Numbered from the stretch's first letter, positions 11,040 through 21,890 are shown. The stretch: DNA of 64,000 nt from an uncultured Acidobacteriota bacterium (GCA_963809485.1 CAWEJX010000004.1:288001-352000); one strand, 5' to 3'. Made by a program: numbers and translations. The notes: a model not told the origin generated them from the letters alone.

Positions 11040-12485
11040 CTAGGAATACGCTGTGCAGATAAATTTCAGGTCGGTAAATTCCTCCATGCCGCACACGGAA
11101 TCTGATTTGCCAATCCCGCTCTCTTTGACATTGCCGCCCCAGGGGAATTCGGGAGCCATTATTCTCGGCATATTGATGAAAACGCTGTCGACGCGAATTT
11201 CGTTGGCCAGCCGCAGCGCTTTGCTTCCGTCTTTTGTCCAGACTCCCGCGCACAACCCATAGCTTGAATCGTTGGCAAGCGTTATTGCTTCGTCCTCTGT
11301 CGAGAACTTCAGGATGGGGGCGGCAGGCCCGAATATTTCTTCCCTCACAATAGTCATATCGTGTTTGCAGTCCGTCACCACCGTAGGCATCAGGAAATAT
11401 CCTTTATCGAGCGGAGGAGTCTTCGGCCGCTCGCCGCCACATACGATCCTGGCGCCTTGTTCCCGCGCAGTTTTGATGTAATATTCCACTTTTTCAAGCT
11501 GCTGGAGGTTGGCCATAGGCCCCATGGTGGTGGATTCTTCCCATGGCAATCCGACTTTGATTTTATTTGCTTCCTCGACAAATACCTCCACGAATCTATC
11601 GTATACCTTTTCCTGAACATAATACCTTCCGGGCGTTGAGCAGTTCTGAGCACTGTTGCCGTAATGCCTTCCCGCCTGCAATCTGGCGGCCTTTTCCACA
11701 TCGGCATCTTCGCATACGATGATCGGATTGTTGCCGCCGAGTTCCATAATGCATTTTTTAACGGTCTGGCTTGCCGCTTGAAGAATCACTTGCCCGGTGT
11801 CGGTCGCTCCCGTGAAACGCACCACATCCACTCCCCGATGAGTGGCAAGTGCATTCCCCACATTTCCGCCCGGACCCGTAACCAGATTCACGACCCCTTT
11901 GGGAAGGTCCGCCTTTTCGAGTATCTCCATGAATTTGACCCCGAGGATGGAATTGACGCTGGCGGGTTTGAGGATGCATGTGTTGCCCGTTACAATTGCC
12001 GGGCCAACCATGCTCAGCATCATCATCAGGGGGACATTCCACGGAGTGATGACGGCGCACACGCCGATCGGCACTCTCTGAAGATATCCGATGGTATTCG
12101 GCATGGACTGAGGCAGAACCTGCCCCATAATACCCCGGCTGATGGAGGCAATATACTCGAGCTGATCCACGGCAGCTGCCGCAAACCCTCTCGCGAGCAT
12201 GACGGGAGTGCCGTGCTCGTTAACTTCAAGGTCAACCAGCTCTTTGGAGTGTTCTTTGACCATAGCCGCGAAACGCAGAATGGCTTTTGCCCTGTCCGCC
12301 TGCATCCTCCTGGACCAGCCGGGCAAAGCTTCATTCGCGGCTTTTACCGCCTCATCTACATCCTCCTTGCCTGCAAGAGGCACTCTTCCAAGTGCTTCCC
12401 CTGTGCTGGGATTTACGGTCGCGAATGTCCTGCCTGATAAGGCATCGACCCATTTGCCGTTGATATACATTTTGCAGTTCAGCAT
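11040..12485 (-). CDS. NAD(P)-dependent aldehyde dehydrogenase
   Basis: ITPWNVP, FTGAT, MELGGNNP, catalytic QNC, EEIFGP and YGLCAGVW motifs. Confidence 0.95.
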   Translation of the reverse strand: MLNCKMYINGKWVDALSGRTFATVNPSTGEALGRVPLAGKEDVDEAVKAANEALPGWSRRMQADRAKAILRFAAMVKEHSKELVDLEVNEHGTPVMLARGFAAAAVDQLEYIASISRGIMGQVLPQSMPNTIGYLQRVPIGVCAVITPWNVPLMMMLSMVGPAIVTGNTCILKPASVNSILGVKFMEILEKADLPKGVVNLVTGPGGNVGNALATHRGVDVVRFTGATDTGQVILQAASQTVKKCIMELGGNNPIIVCEDADVEKAARLQAGRHYGNSAQNCSTPGRYYVQEKVYDRFVEVFVEEANKIKVGLPWEESTTMGPMANLQQLEKVEYYIKTAREQGARIVCGGERPKTPPLDKGYFLMPTVVTDCKHDMTIVREEIFGPAAPILKFSTEDEAITLANDSSYGLCAGVWTKDGSKALRLANEIRVDSVFINMPRIMAPEFPWGGNVKESGIGKSDSVCGMEEFTDLKFICTAYS

Positions 12486-12599
12486 TTTTGTCTCCGAAAA
12501 TTTGCGTTATATATGCATGGAGTCCATGCACGCCTTGCCCTTAATAGCTATGCTTTATGCACACATACTTCAATTGTGCGTACCCTTCCGGTCCGATGA

Positions 12600-12743
12600 C
12601 CCGCTTTCCATGTCCTGCTCCAGCCATCCCCACTTCTGGGCGGCGCGGCAGCATCCTTCGGCCAGAGCATCGCGGATTCCCGCGTGCCGGGAAGCTGCAT
12701 CCAAAAGAGCTTCGCGGAAGGCCAGTTCGCCCCATTGATCGAT
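12600..12743 (-). pseudogene. Isolated internal fragment of an AOR paralog
   Basis: Translates IDQWGELAFREALLDAASRHAGIRDALAEGCCRAAQKWGWLEQDMESG, matching the AOR segment encoded at 9722-9865. Confidence 0.85.
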
Positions 12744-13435
12744 GAGCGAGAGAAAATTGCCTTTTTGCTTTCTCCGGCCTTTTTGGATTTGGGCACAGAG
12801 TGGTCTCTTTCTGAATAATCAACAACATGTAGAATCAGGCCCTATTAATACTCGATCTTAAATGGCATTTTCGAGCATAATCTAACAAATTATGACAAAT
12901 AATAACCAATTTCATAATGTTTCACGATCGAGATTCGACGGTAAGGGCATAACTGCCCCGGCTATATTAAGATAAAATTCAATTCCAACCCGGTTGGCTC
13001 CATTTCTCAAACGACCTGATCACAATAAATAGCCGCTGGCGGCTGAGAAGGGGATGTCCGCAAACTCGGCAAACTCGATCCGGCGGGATTGGAAACATCA
13101 CCCACAATGAATCTTGTCAAGCCTAACCCGGAAGGCGGCGTTGACAATACTGCGGAATTGCCGGCAGGAGCGGCCCGATTGGGCTTGTTCACTTTTCGGG
13201 GGCCAGAATGCCAGCCCGAGGTTAAGCCTAATGGATATACAAACAGGCCGATTTCCTATATCGCCATTTGCAGACAATAATGCGGCGCAAACGAACTGGG
13301 AATCATTTGCGCGAGAGGGCGGTACCTCCACTGCCGAAAAATTTCGAGCAAATCCACACAGGAGCTCTGACCTTTTTCCGGGCATTGGCTTAAAAACGGA
13401 CAGTGGAGATACTGCCCCGATTCCGTCCGGAGTTT

Positions 13436-14128
13436 CTATTTCTTTTTGGGCGGACCAAACGTTTTCAGGTTAACAGGTCCTTCCCAATTAAATTTGGTCA
13501 AATCAAAGTTCTTGACGGTGTCTTGCCGGTCCAGGTTTGGCCCAAGGTACAGCGCATGGAAGAGAACGGGCTTTCTGATGGCTCTGAAATTCAGCGGGCA
13601 ATGCTCCACACCTTTGGGAATGAAGACAACGGTTGTCGAGGTGATGGTATGCTTCTCCATCTCTGGCCCCATCCACAGGTCAATCTCCGCATCGAAGCTT
13701 TTGCACAGGTCCGGCAACTCCGCTCCGAGGAAAATCAAAAATTCATCATATTTGTGGAGGTGGGGAGTTTCCCAGCAAACCGGCGCCTTGAACACCTGCC
13801 ATCCTATGGTGGCGGTTGCCCCGGGCAATGCCGAAGCGCCTCTAAAGTAGGTCTGGGGACTGGCTATTTCCGGAAAGGGAGGCAGGCTGTTGAGGGAAGT
13901 AAAATCATTTGCTTTCGGCGGTTGGCGGTTGTCGCTTAGAAAATACTTCCCATATTTGGTCCCGTCGGCTGACGGTATTGCCTCCGGAGCCGCAAACAAT
14001 CCACTTTGATTGGGCGTCAACGCTTCCCGCAAGGAGCTTGCGAGAGCTATGCTGCCGGCGCCTGCGGCGATATTCTTAACGAATCCTCTGCGTGTCGTAC
14101 CCTTTCCCTTCGTGCGGACATGACTCAT
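13436..14128 (-). CDS. Tat-exported cupin-like protein
   Basis: AAGGAG RBS before MSHV; TRRGFVK Tat motif; PHLHKYDEFL and FIPKGVEHCPL cupin motifs. Confidence 0.8.
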   Translation of the reverse strand: MSHVRTKGKGTTRRGFVKNIAAGAGSIALASSLREALTPNQSGLFAAPEAIPSADGTKYGKYFLSDNRQPPKANDFTSLNSLPPFPEIASPQTYFRGASALPGATATIGWQVFKAPVCWETPHLHKYDEFLIFLGAELPDLCKSFDAEIDLWMGPEMEKHTITSTTVVFIPKGVEHCPLNFRAIRKPVLFHALYLGPNLDRQDTVKNFDLTKFNWEGPVNLKTFGPPKKK

Positions 14129-14329
14129 GGCTGACTCTCCTTTGTGTGAATTCTCGTCAATAATACCCATGGAATGACCGTGTCATCTTAGCACCGTGTG
14201 GCCAAGGCGATATAGCGGCTTTTGTGATTCTTCAGGCCTTTGAGAAACAGACTCCCCCAGCTTTGAGCGGTGTGCGGATCTTTGTGGAGTCCGGATCCTT
14301 GCCAATGGTTCGTTAAACCGCTTCGTCCT

Positions 14330-14396
14330 GGGTTTCTCGTTTCCCGCAAAAAGCCTTTTTGAACGGGAAACGGGAAACCCGAAACGGGAAACGCTT
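14330..14396. repeat. Inverted heptamer (GAAACGG-type) repeat hairpin downstream of the Mo-subunit gene; possible terminator or REP-like element
   Basis: GGGTTTC TCGTTTC CCG ... CGG GAAACGG GAAACCC GAAACGG GAAACGC. Confidence 0.5.
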
Positions 14397-14397
14397 T

Positions 14398-16764
14398 TTA
14401 AGCTTTGCCCAGCGCTTTGAGAACCTTTTCAGGCGTGGCCGGCGGATCGACCCACTTGCCAATAGCGTTTTGAATGGCACAGACGATTAGATACGTGTTC
14501 CCCAACGAATGACTGATGCCGTTGGAACCATAGGCGGCATTGCCGGCGCGGGTTTCCAGCAAATCCATCTCTGTGGGTGCGAGATCCGCAATCGTGGGTT
14601 TTTTGTATTCAAACAGGTTGTTGTTCAATTTCACGCCGGTCGCCTTGTCGTAGAAGTAATCCTCGGCCAATTGGGATCCCTGGCTGAAAAACATTACCTG
14701 GTGGATCTGGCTCTCCAGCGACGTGCGGCGCATGATTTTCCCGGTGTCTGCGACTACGCCGAACCGGAGTATTTCCACTTCCCCGGTTTCCGTGTCTACG
14801 GCGACCTCGCACATGGCCACGTTCATGGTATCCAGCTTTTTGCCCCGGGTAGTCCAGAAGGCTGCCGGCGGCCTTCCTGAGTATGTCGCAAACAGATTGG
14901 CCCGAACAGCCTCTGCGAGCGGAACCGCGATACCGGGGTCGGATTTCACGATCACTTTCCCACCCTGCAGATCCAACTCTTCGGGCTTCCGGCCCTTCAA
15001 GGGACTGGGAGCAGGTTTTTTTGCAGGAGCGCCGAATCCGGCGGGAGCAGGAGGATTATGGGCTTCCTCAACTGCAGCTTCCAGGATCAGCTTTTTCAGT
15101 TTGTGCGCGCACTCTTTCAGCGCCCAGGCAGAAGCGGTTGTCCCGTCGCTGCCTCCCCCATAGGGCCTGTAGATTTCATGGTGATCAAGCCCGGTTTTGA
15201 TATCCTCGTACTCGAGGCCCAGTTCTTCGGCCACTACCATCGCATTCGCTTCCATGATGTAGTTGCCGATTACGGGCCCCTTGGACGGCAGATATACAAC
15301 CCCATTCCTGAGCTCAAGCTTGGGGTTGTAGCCTGAAACGGAATGGCGTGGACACATCTGGTACCGGAAACTTGCCCCGTGCAGCCTGCCGTCGGAAAGC
15401 TTTTTTTCTCCCGTTCCATGCCACTTCCAGTCAAACATCTTCTTTGCAGCCTTGACACATGCTTCATAGCTGGGCACGGGATTGGGATCGGTCTGGGATT
15501 CCGGCCCGTGAAGATTCAGGGTCGCGATGTCGATCGGGTCCTTGCCCAGCTTTTCAGCGATCAGATGTATTCCCATCATCATGGCATCCCAGCCCACCGG
15601 ATCATGCTGGCCGCTGACCCATAGCTTTCCGCGGTTGCTGTCGACGACATCCATATTCTGTTTGACGTTCTGGCACCGGGTGGTGAAATAGGGGCCAAAG
15701 GTCTGTGGCGTGGTGGTACCAAAATTGGAGCTTCCCCGGACCCCGCCGTCCGCAATCGTAAAATCGTCTATCGCCGTAATCAGGCCATCCTTTTTAAACC
15801 CGACCTTCAGATGCATGAAGCGCTGGCTCAATCCGAAATCGTACTGCTCATAGCGGCTGTTGACGCACCGGACCGGCCTTCCGGTTCTTCTGGCGAGCAG
15901 CGGGGTAACCAGCTGGGTTTTGCGGATACCCCAGTCGCAGTACCTGCCGCCCACGAACATGCACTCCTGAAAGACCTTTTCCGCCGGCATTCGGTACAGG
16001 CCGACCACCTGGTCGTGTCCCCATGGAGCTCCTTCGATTCTCAGGCTCTTTCCTTCACCGTGGTATGGATCATCGAACCACCAGGCGACAGAACCGACAG
16101 GGTTCGGGATATGGCTGGAAAAGGTGGAGGAATTCATGTTGTATTCGATAATATGATCCGCCTCCCTGAAACCGGCTTCGATATCGCCTTCGCTGGTATT
16201 GGAGTAGGAGACATTCCCTTTCTTGGGAGGATTCTTACCTCCCCCCATTCCCGGCCCTCCCGTACTGCCGCCTCCACCCGGAGAAGCCGGGCGAATTACC
16301 GGCGCATCCGGTTTTCTCCCCTCGAGCAGGTCAACGACGTGCGGCAGCACCTCCCATTTGACATCGAGCTGCCTTAAAGCCTCTTCGCAGATGTCTTCAT
16401 TTTCGGCCACGACAATTACCGCGACCTCGGCCCCTTCCTGGTCTGCGATGTTGTCAAGAAAAGGCTGGGCAGGGCCTCTGGATCCACTGCCGGAGCTCAG
16501 GTTTTTGATGTCCTCATCTTCCCATGTAACGACATCGACCACTCCCTGTATCTTCCTGGCCTTTGCGGTATCCACGCTGACAACCTTTGCATTCGCGTAG
16601 GGGCTCCTCAAAAATTTCGCGTGGAGCATATCCGGAAAAACATAATCTGCTCCGTATTTTGCGATTCCTGAGGCTATTGCATGAGACAGCCTGCCGGGAA
16701 CGCTGGGCTTTCCCAAAACCCTGAAATTTTCTCTCTGTCCGTTGACTCCTTCAATGTCCGCCAT
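14398..16764 (-). CDS. Xanthine dehydrogenase/CO dehydrogenase-family molybdopterin-binding large subunit
   Basis: MLHAKFLRSPYANAK hammerhead domain, EVAVDTETGEVEI, ESQIHQ and PPATPEKVLKALG. Confidence 0.92.
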   Translation of the reverse strand: MADIEGVNGQRENFRVLGKPSVPGRLSHAIASGIAKYGADYVFPDMLHAKFLRSPYANAKVVSVDTAKARKIQGVVDVVTWEDEDIKNLSSGSGSRGPAQPFLDNIADQEGAEVAVIVVAENEDICEEALRQLDVKWEVLPHVVDLLEGRKPDAPVIRPASPGGGGSTGGPGMGGGKNPPKKGNVSYSNTSEGDIEAGFREADHIIEYNMNSSTFSSHIPNPVGSVAWWFDDPYHGEGKSLRIEGAPWGHDQVVGLYRMPAEKVFQECMFVGGRYCDWGIRKTQLVTPLLARRTGRPVRCVNSRYEQYDFGLSQRFMHLKVGFKKDGLITAIDDFTIADGGVRGSSNFGTTTPQTFGPYFTTRCQNVKQNMDVVDSNRGKLWVSGQHDPVGWDAMMMGIHLIAEKLGKDPIDIATLNLHGPESQTDPNPVPSYEACVKAAKKMFDWKWHGTGEKKLSDGRLHGASFRYQMCPRHSVSGYNPKLELRNGVVYLPSKGPVIGNYIMEANAMVVAEELGLEYEDIKTGLDHHEIYRPYGGGSDGTTASAWALKECAHKLKKLILEAAVEEAHNPPAPAGFGAPAKKPAPSPLKGRKPEELDLQGGKVIVKSDPGIAVPLAEAVRANLFATYSGRPPAAFWTTRGKKLDTMNVAMCEVAVDTETGEVEILRFGVVADTGKIMRRTSLESQIHQVMFFSQGSQLAEDYFYDKATGVKLNNNLFEYKKPTIADLAPTEMDLLETRAGNAAYGSNGISHSLGNTYLIVCAIQNAIGKWVDPPATPEKVLKALGKA

Positions 16765-17264
16765 TTCATGCTCCTTTCACTACGCCCGCCGCCTATGCGA
16801 TGGCGGCCGGATGGCCGGGATGGGCCGCGCAACAGCAGATATTGCCGGCCAGGGCTTGTATGCAAACTTCTTATAATGAATAAATCCAGATGGCGATTCC
16901 CAAATTGGACAGTCTGCGCTGTAATTGGATATTCAAAGACTCAAAGAGTGTGTCACCGGAGAAATGCCGGACGCAAGCCTTTTTTGAAAGCAGTAGCCTT
17001 ATTGCAGCAATTGCGCTTCGATGGCCGGTTGCCGGTATCTTGAGTTTTTCATTTTCCCGTAGAACAGGCCGCTGACGCAAGCCGGCGGTTAGCGTCCCTC
17101 GGCATAGGTCAGCAGCCACATTCATACTGCGGCGCCTGCACAATTGCCTGAAGCGAAAAATTCGGTTCAGGCAATTCTCAAAATGATTTATTGTCTGCTT
17201 AGGACATTAAATATAACTACGTTGCCTTTTAACCGTTGATCCCTGGTAAAAAGGAGAAAATGCC

Positions 17265-17864
17265 ATGCGTATCGCCAAAAAAGAAAAACAGACATCGTCG
17301 AGAAGAAAATTTTTCAGGGACGCAGCAGCCGGAATTGCAGGCGCGGCTGTTTTGGGTTCGCTATCCTGCAGCCAAGGGAATCCGCCCGTCAGTGAAGCTC
17401 CAAAAGCCGAGCCGAAAAACCATGCCATGACCAGAGAGGAGTTTCTGGAATACGTTGCCTGTTTCAACCGCAAGGATTTTGAGGCGGTTGCAGGCTATTT
17501 CACGCCTGACATAACCGTGGAGTATTACGACAATGCCACCGGCCCCCGCGTGGAGCCCAGGACGCTCCACGGCCCCAAGGAGTTTATAGAAAACTACAAA
17601 GCGCTTACTGCCATGGTGAAAGAAGTCCTGGAGCTCCGGGATTATCTGTCCACCGAAGACCGGGTGTTTGCGGAACTCTATACGGAATTTCACCCCTACA
17701 ATGATTCCAAGCCGGTCAAGGGCCGGCAGCAGTGGAAAAAGGGCGAGCCCGTGCTTTCGACCAACTGGGTCATGTACGACATGAAGGACGGCAAAATGGG
17801 CCGCATACGGATCGCGCATTGGCGGCTTCACGATTCCAGGACCGCAAAATACTCGCTGGATTAG
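17265..17864 (+). CDS. Tat-exported SnoaL/NTF2-like protein
   Basis: AAGGAG RBS; SRRKFFRD Tat motif; EYVACFNRKDFEAV...YDMKDGKMGRIRIA NTF2 pattern. Confidence 0.8.
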   Translation: MRIAKKEKQTSSRRKFFRDAAAGIAGAAVLGSLSCSQGNPPVSEAPKAEPKNHAMTREEFLEYVACFNRKDFEAVAGYFTPDITVEYYDNATGPRVEPRTLHGPKEFIENYKALTAMVKEVLELRDYLSTEDRVFAELYTEFHPYNDSKPVKGRQQWKKGEPVLSTNWVMYDMKDGKMGRIRIAHWRLHDSRTAKYSLD

Positions 17865-18193
17865 CAGGTGGATCCGTCACCTGTAGCCCAGGCGCGAAAA
17901 GAATAACCATAATGCGCGTCGCCGTGCAGCTTGAGGGGGGATGGCCGCGGGGGGAGACGCACCGATTTTAGCGTCAAAGCAACGAGCTTCCTGGAAAAGC
18001 TTAGTGACGTTTTGCCGCGCACCATCCTCCCGTTTAATGGCCGAAACATCGAGGAAGCTGTCGCCATGTAATCAACCACCGCTTTAGGCGTGGATTTGGC
18101 CTGCTCCGCACAGCGGATCGATCACGCATCGGATGGACCCGCTGGGGCCTTTCCCATCGGGAAAACCTTTGGACTTGAGCATCAAATAATTAG

Positions 18194-18340
18194 GAAGCGC
18201 CTCATCGGCTTTTGCTCGCCGACCCTCGCCGAACAAATCGGTGTCTGTCAGCGCTTTTGTCAGCGTATCTCAGCGTTTCAAAATGCAGAGCTGTCAAACT
18301 CTATGAGTCTCCCGGCAGAGCCGGGGGTTTACCAATAGAA
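18194..18340. mobile_element. Non-autonomous IS200/IS605-end-like (MITE/REP-like) element, uninterrupted copy
   Basis: Shares TCAGCGTATCTCAGCGTTTCAAAAT..GAGCTGTCAA.CTCTATGAG..CCCGGCAGAGCCGGG with 50283-50398 plus 52782-52800; GC hairpin end. Confidence 0.6.
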
Positions 18341-18835
18341 TTACTTTCGTCGGGTCCATTCTTCCCTGGTGATCTCAAGCTCGCCTTTATCCTTCACATT
18401 CCTGTTGATAAAGCCCAGCGACAGGAGGGGCGCGAGCTGCGCGGCGTGGTCTGAGGCATTGTTCGTGATCACCGACAGCACACCTTCGGCGTCGAAACAA
18501 TGCTGAATGAGAGCCTCGATGCCCTCCCGGCCATGATCGTTGTCTTGATATTTCGACAGGATCACATGTCCCAGGTTCAGCTGCTTCCCGTCGTCGATTC
18601 CATTGATCACCAGCAAACCTACCACCTTGCCGGATCCGCGCAGGCACATCGCGATATACTTGTCCCTCGTCGACATATACTCCACGGACTTCCTGGACGC
18701 CTCCTCGGAAGTCGGCCATTTGTCGAACTCCGGGCCGGGCGCAGCTTTCCAGTCAAGAGACAACTCCTGGAAATCCCGCCAGTCGTCGGCAGTGAAAGGT
18801 CTCAGGACGAGCCGCTTCGTCTCAATCCTCCGCAT
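18341..18835 (-). CDS. GNAT (RimJ/RimL-type) N-acetyltransferase
   Basis: IETKRLVLRPFTADD N-terminus, LGHVILSKYQ, LSLGF; AAGGAGG RBS. Confidence 0.8.
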   Translation of the reverse strand: MRRIETKRLVLRPFTADDWRDFQELSLDWKAAPGPEFDKWPTSEEASRKSVEYMSTRDKYIAMCLRGSGKVVGLLVINGIDDGKQLNLGHVILSKYQDNDHGREGIEALIQHCFDAEGVLSVITNNASDHAAQLAPLLSLGFINRNVKDKGELEITREEWTRRK

Positions 18836-18906
18836 GCTGTCCCTCCTTTATTAGCATGGGTACAATATCCTTTTCCCCATGTCGGCACCCTGGCAGAAAT
18901 AGGGAA

Positions 18907-19869
18907 TCAGGCAGCTTGTACCCGCAACTTGCTGCATAGCTTTTCAAGGGATTTCAGTCCCGCTTCCTCAGCTTTGATTGCATTTCTTAAATGTGCAATT
19001 GCCTTTTCGCTGAGCTCCGAGTTTTTGATGGGCTCGTTCGCAGTATGGAGATGAATTGGAAAAAGTTCAGCTACCTTGTGCAGGCTATCACGCTCAGTTT
19101 CATAATGGCCGGCTGCCTCATCGAACAGTCTGTTTGTTTCGCCGCCGATGCGCTCTTTTGCTTCCTTCAGGAATTGAACTCCGAACGTGCGGCACTCGGC
19201 CCAACAACCCGCATTCAGCGCCGTACCTATCGTGCTGGCGGTACCGGCTTCCAGCGCTTTGATCCAGTTTTCGAAACCATTCGTGCCCTGCTGATCATTT
19301 TGGGATTGCTTCAGCACGAATTCAATGGATTCCCTGACGGCTTGGGTATCAGCTGCGGCTTTTCCAGGCCTGACAGTGTACATTTCCAGCAAGCCGACGC
19401 TGTCGCCGAGTTCATCCCACTTTCGGGGCTTCATCAACTGAAACGCGGAAGCGCCGCCTGAAAACCAGTATCCAACATCATTATATCCGTTGACGACAAA
19501 GTACTCCGGCCCTGCAAGATCGAAACCGAAACAGGGCATCTCCCGGTCGATTGCCGCTCTGCACAATTCCCAGGCTTTCTTCCGCTTCTCATCAAAATCG
19601 CGGTCGGTTTTTAGTCCGGATATTCCTTCGGCAACAAAGCCGATATTGTTCCCGAGTTTAAAAAGCATTTGTGAATTCTGCGCGTCCCACGCAGTAGGCC
19701 CGCTCGGTCACGCACCTTTTGGCAAATTCAATGCGAAGGCGTGTCCGGTAGCCCCATACAGCCAGGCGTCCGAAACATCCAGTTTCAAGTATTCAAGACA
19801 GCCCTTTATGCAGCCGAGGAACGATATCCATCTCGGCTGCCATTTCAAATTTTCCAGCTTCTTTTCCAT
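18907..19869 (-). CDS. Hypothetical protein (320 aa), candidate selenoprotein with in-frame TGA at 19708-19710 (KGA-U-PSGPTAW)
   Basis: GGGAG RBS and ATG at 19869; 53 open codons (MEKKLENLKWQPRWISFLGCIKGCLEYL...GHAFALNLPKGA), then TGA, then in frame into the 19668 ORF. Hairpin at 19678-19694. Confidence 0.7.
19678..19694 (-). promoter_or_regulatory. SECIS-like hairpin
   Basis: mRNA CUGCGU-GGG-ACGCGCAG; apical loop at +20..+22 from the UGA. Confidence 0.5.
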
Positions 19870-20150
19870 ACTTGTCTCCCTTCAAGCAGACAGGCGGAAC
19901 AAGCCGCATCTTCTGGAAATCCTTCGGCGCCGTCCCTCTGATCGGAAGTCTTAGTTGTTTAGAAGCTTGTTCCCTAAAGCTCAAAAATGCCGATTTTAGG
20001 TGAATTTTACTACCATATCGCGGCGTGGGGGCAGAAATTCGTGTGCAGCAGTTGCCTGCTCATTTAAAGCTCCTCCCGGTCTCCCGTATCGCGGCGGCAT
20101 TGGGACCAAAAAACATTCGCGTTAGTTCGCAGCTGCTCCTGATCAAAAAA

Positions 20151-21032
20151 CTATTTGCACGCCGGTTCGTCCGGCCAGCCTATCGTTTTGTATTCTTTGC
20201 TGTACTCAAAATATGCCTGGATCCACTGTACCTGGCCGTTTCTCATCTTGAACATGTGGAAGTCGGGCCAGACGTTGTTAAAAAGGGTGTATGCAACCAC
20301 GACACCAGTTTCGACATCTGCAAGGAATCGCCGGGGGCTGTGTGTCATGTCGGCGAAGCCCACTGGCGAACAATTGTGCGCAGGCATTGTCACCCCCTGA
20401 TTTGTTCCCCCTTTGGTTGTCTGCATGCCGTTTTCCCACCGGTCGCAGAAATTGGCGAAGGGAAGAACGGCGACTTTCCGCGGTTGCTTTTGGACGAACA
20501 ACTCAAAATAATCGTCGGCCGCGGCCAGCATCGTCAGGCGGGAACTCCGCTGCTCGGGTGGAAGGATCTCTTCCCAATCCTGGTCTTTTGTATTTAAAAT
20601 GGCCGGAACGTCGAGCACTTCCTTTCCGCGAACAACAATGGCCTCGATCTCGGAAATCTTGTCCCGGTCGAATTTGAGGCGAACGCCGTAAAGCATCGGC
20701 TTGCCGTTTTCATCAATTATTGCTTGCGTATGCGTTCCGCATTTCTGGGTGTCGATCATGCCACGTTTGAACGTCAGTTTGCCCGCGGTTTCCCAAGAAC
20801 CTTTTCCTACCGCAACATCGATGCCGTTTTCTGTGTATCTCGCGCCGGAAGCGAGCGGCAGGCTGGATGGATTATGAGCTTCAAGAGCGGCAAAGAACTT
20901 GTCGGTGATGCCTTTCAGGCCTTCGCGTGTGCAAGCCTGGCCGCTTGATTGCGCCATTGCCGCTGCATGGCTTCCCAAAACCAACAAGCAAATTGATCCC
21001 CCTAATAGGGCCCATCGCAGTATGCTTTTCAT
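20151..21032 (-). CDS. Exported hypothetical protein (NTF2-like), paralog of the 1027-2129 gene
   Basis: GGAGG RBS; signal peptide MKSILRWALL...AAAMA; CTREGL, RYTENG, FCDRWENG and RRFLADVETGVV. Confidence 0.8.
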   Translation of the reverse strand: MKSILRWALLGGSICLLVLGSHAAAMAQSSGQACTREGLKGITDKFFAALEAHNPSSLPLASGARYTENGIDVAVGKGSWETAGKLTFKRGMIDTQKCGTHTQAIIDENGKPMLYGVRLKFDRDKISEIEAIVVRGKEVLDVPAILNTKDQDWEEILPPEQRSSRLTMLAAADDYFELFVQKQPRKVAVLPFANFCDRWENGMQTTKGGTNQGVTMPAHNCSPVGFADMTHSPRRFLADVETGVVVAYTLFNNVWPDFHMFKMRNGQVQWIQAYFEYSKEYKTIGWPDEPACK

Positions 21033-21476
21033 TATGGAATCCTCCTGACTTGGTTCATCTGGATCCGATATCCCCGCGGAAAAGAACTCTTCGCACTCGT
21101 CGAGCTCAAATTCCCGGAAACAGCAAATCCACATCGAGACATAGGCCAGATCGTTGTGCCCCGCGTCTGTCGTGAAACTGCAAATCCGCTCCACGCCGGC
21201 CTCAAAGTTTGTATATCCTACTACAAAAAAGACTATGCCGATATTAGGAAGCCATTCCGGCCTGCAGCAAAATCGCATTCGAAGAAATGCCAAAGCTCCA
21301 AGAGAATTGATAGAACATTTATAATTGATATCGGAAATGGGGACACTTTCTGGATTTGTATCCGGATGGATTTTAGTCAGAGGCCGGACACGTCAAAGAT
21401 CTCCATTGCACCGTCCATGCAATCCGATATTCTACGGGTGGCCACCAAAGAAAACTCCGATCCATAGATGGAATGT

Positions 21477-21516
21477 AAAAAACAGGAGGCCGGGGGCGTC
21501 ATTTTCCCCAGCCTCC
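21477..21516 (-). terminator. Rho-independent terminator after the ferredoxin gene
   Basis: Minus strand GGAGGCTGGGG-loop-CCCCGGCCTCC followed by TGTTTTTT. Confidence 0.7.
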
Positions 21517-21543
21517 AAATACCGGTACCGGGTTGGGTATCAG

Positions 21544-21837
21544 CTAGATCTGATGTATTTCGCCGGTGGCCTTGTTTTTCCAGTAGCCTCTCGCCTGAAG
21601 GGGCCAGTTAAATTCAATGGCGCCGGGGCGCGGGCAATCGTTGGCGCAGCAGCCGCAGTACCAACACTCTTCCGGATGCAGGATAATCGGCGGTTGTCCT
21701 TTCTTTGGATTAGGAACAAAGACATCTATCTGACAGACCTCAACACAATGGTTACAGCCGTTGCATTTATCCGTGAAAAGCACCGGGTTATTCGGTGTCT
21801 GGGGGTTCGGCATAGCTTTTATTTTCTTTGTTGCCAT
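21544..21837 (-). CDS. 2x[4Fe-4S] ferredoxin, AprB-like
   Basis: CNGCNHCVEVC and ECWYCGCCANDCP motifs, then WPL. Confidence 0.9.
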   Translation of the reverse strand: MATKKIKAMPNPQTPNNPVLFTDKCNGCNHCVEVCQIDVFVPNPKKGQPPIILHPEECWYCGCCANDCPRPGAIEFNWPLQARGYWKNKATGEIHQI

Positions 21838-21890
21838 CTTTTCCTCCGATATTCAGTCCATATTCGAAGACACTGTGCGTGTTCAAATAC

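Noticed and set aside
13007-13400. Possible degraded cupin paralog downstream of the 13436 gene
   Set aside because: Only vague resemblance in fragments; cannot be supported without a profile search.
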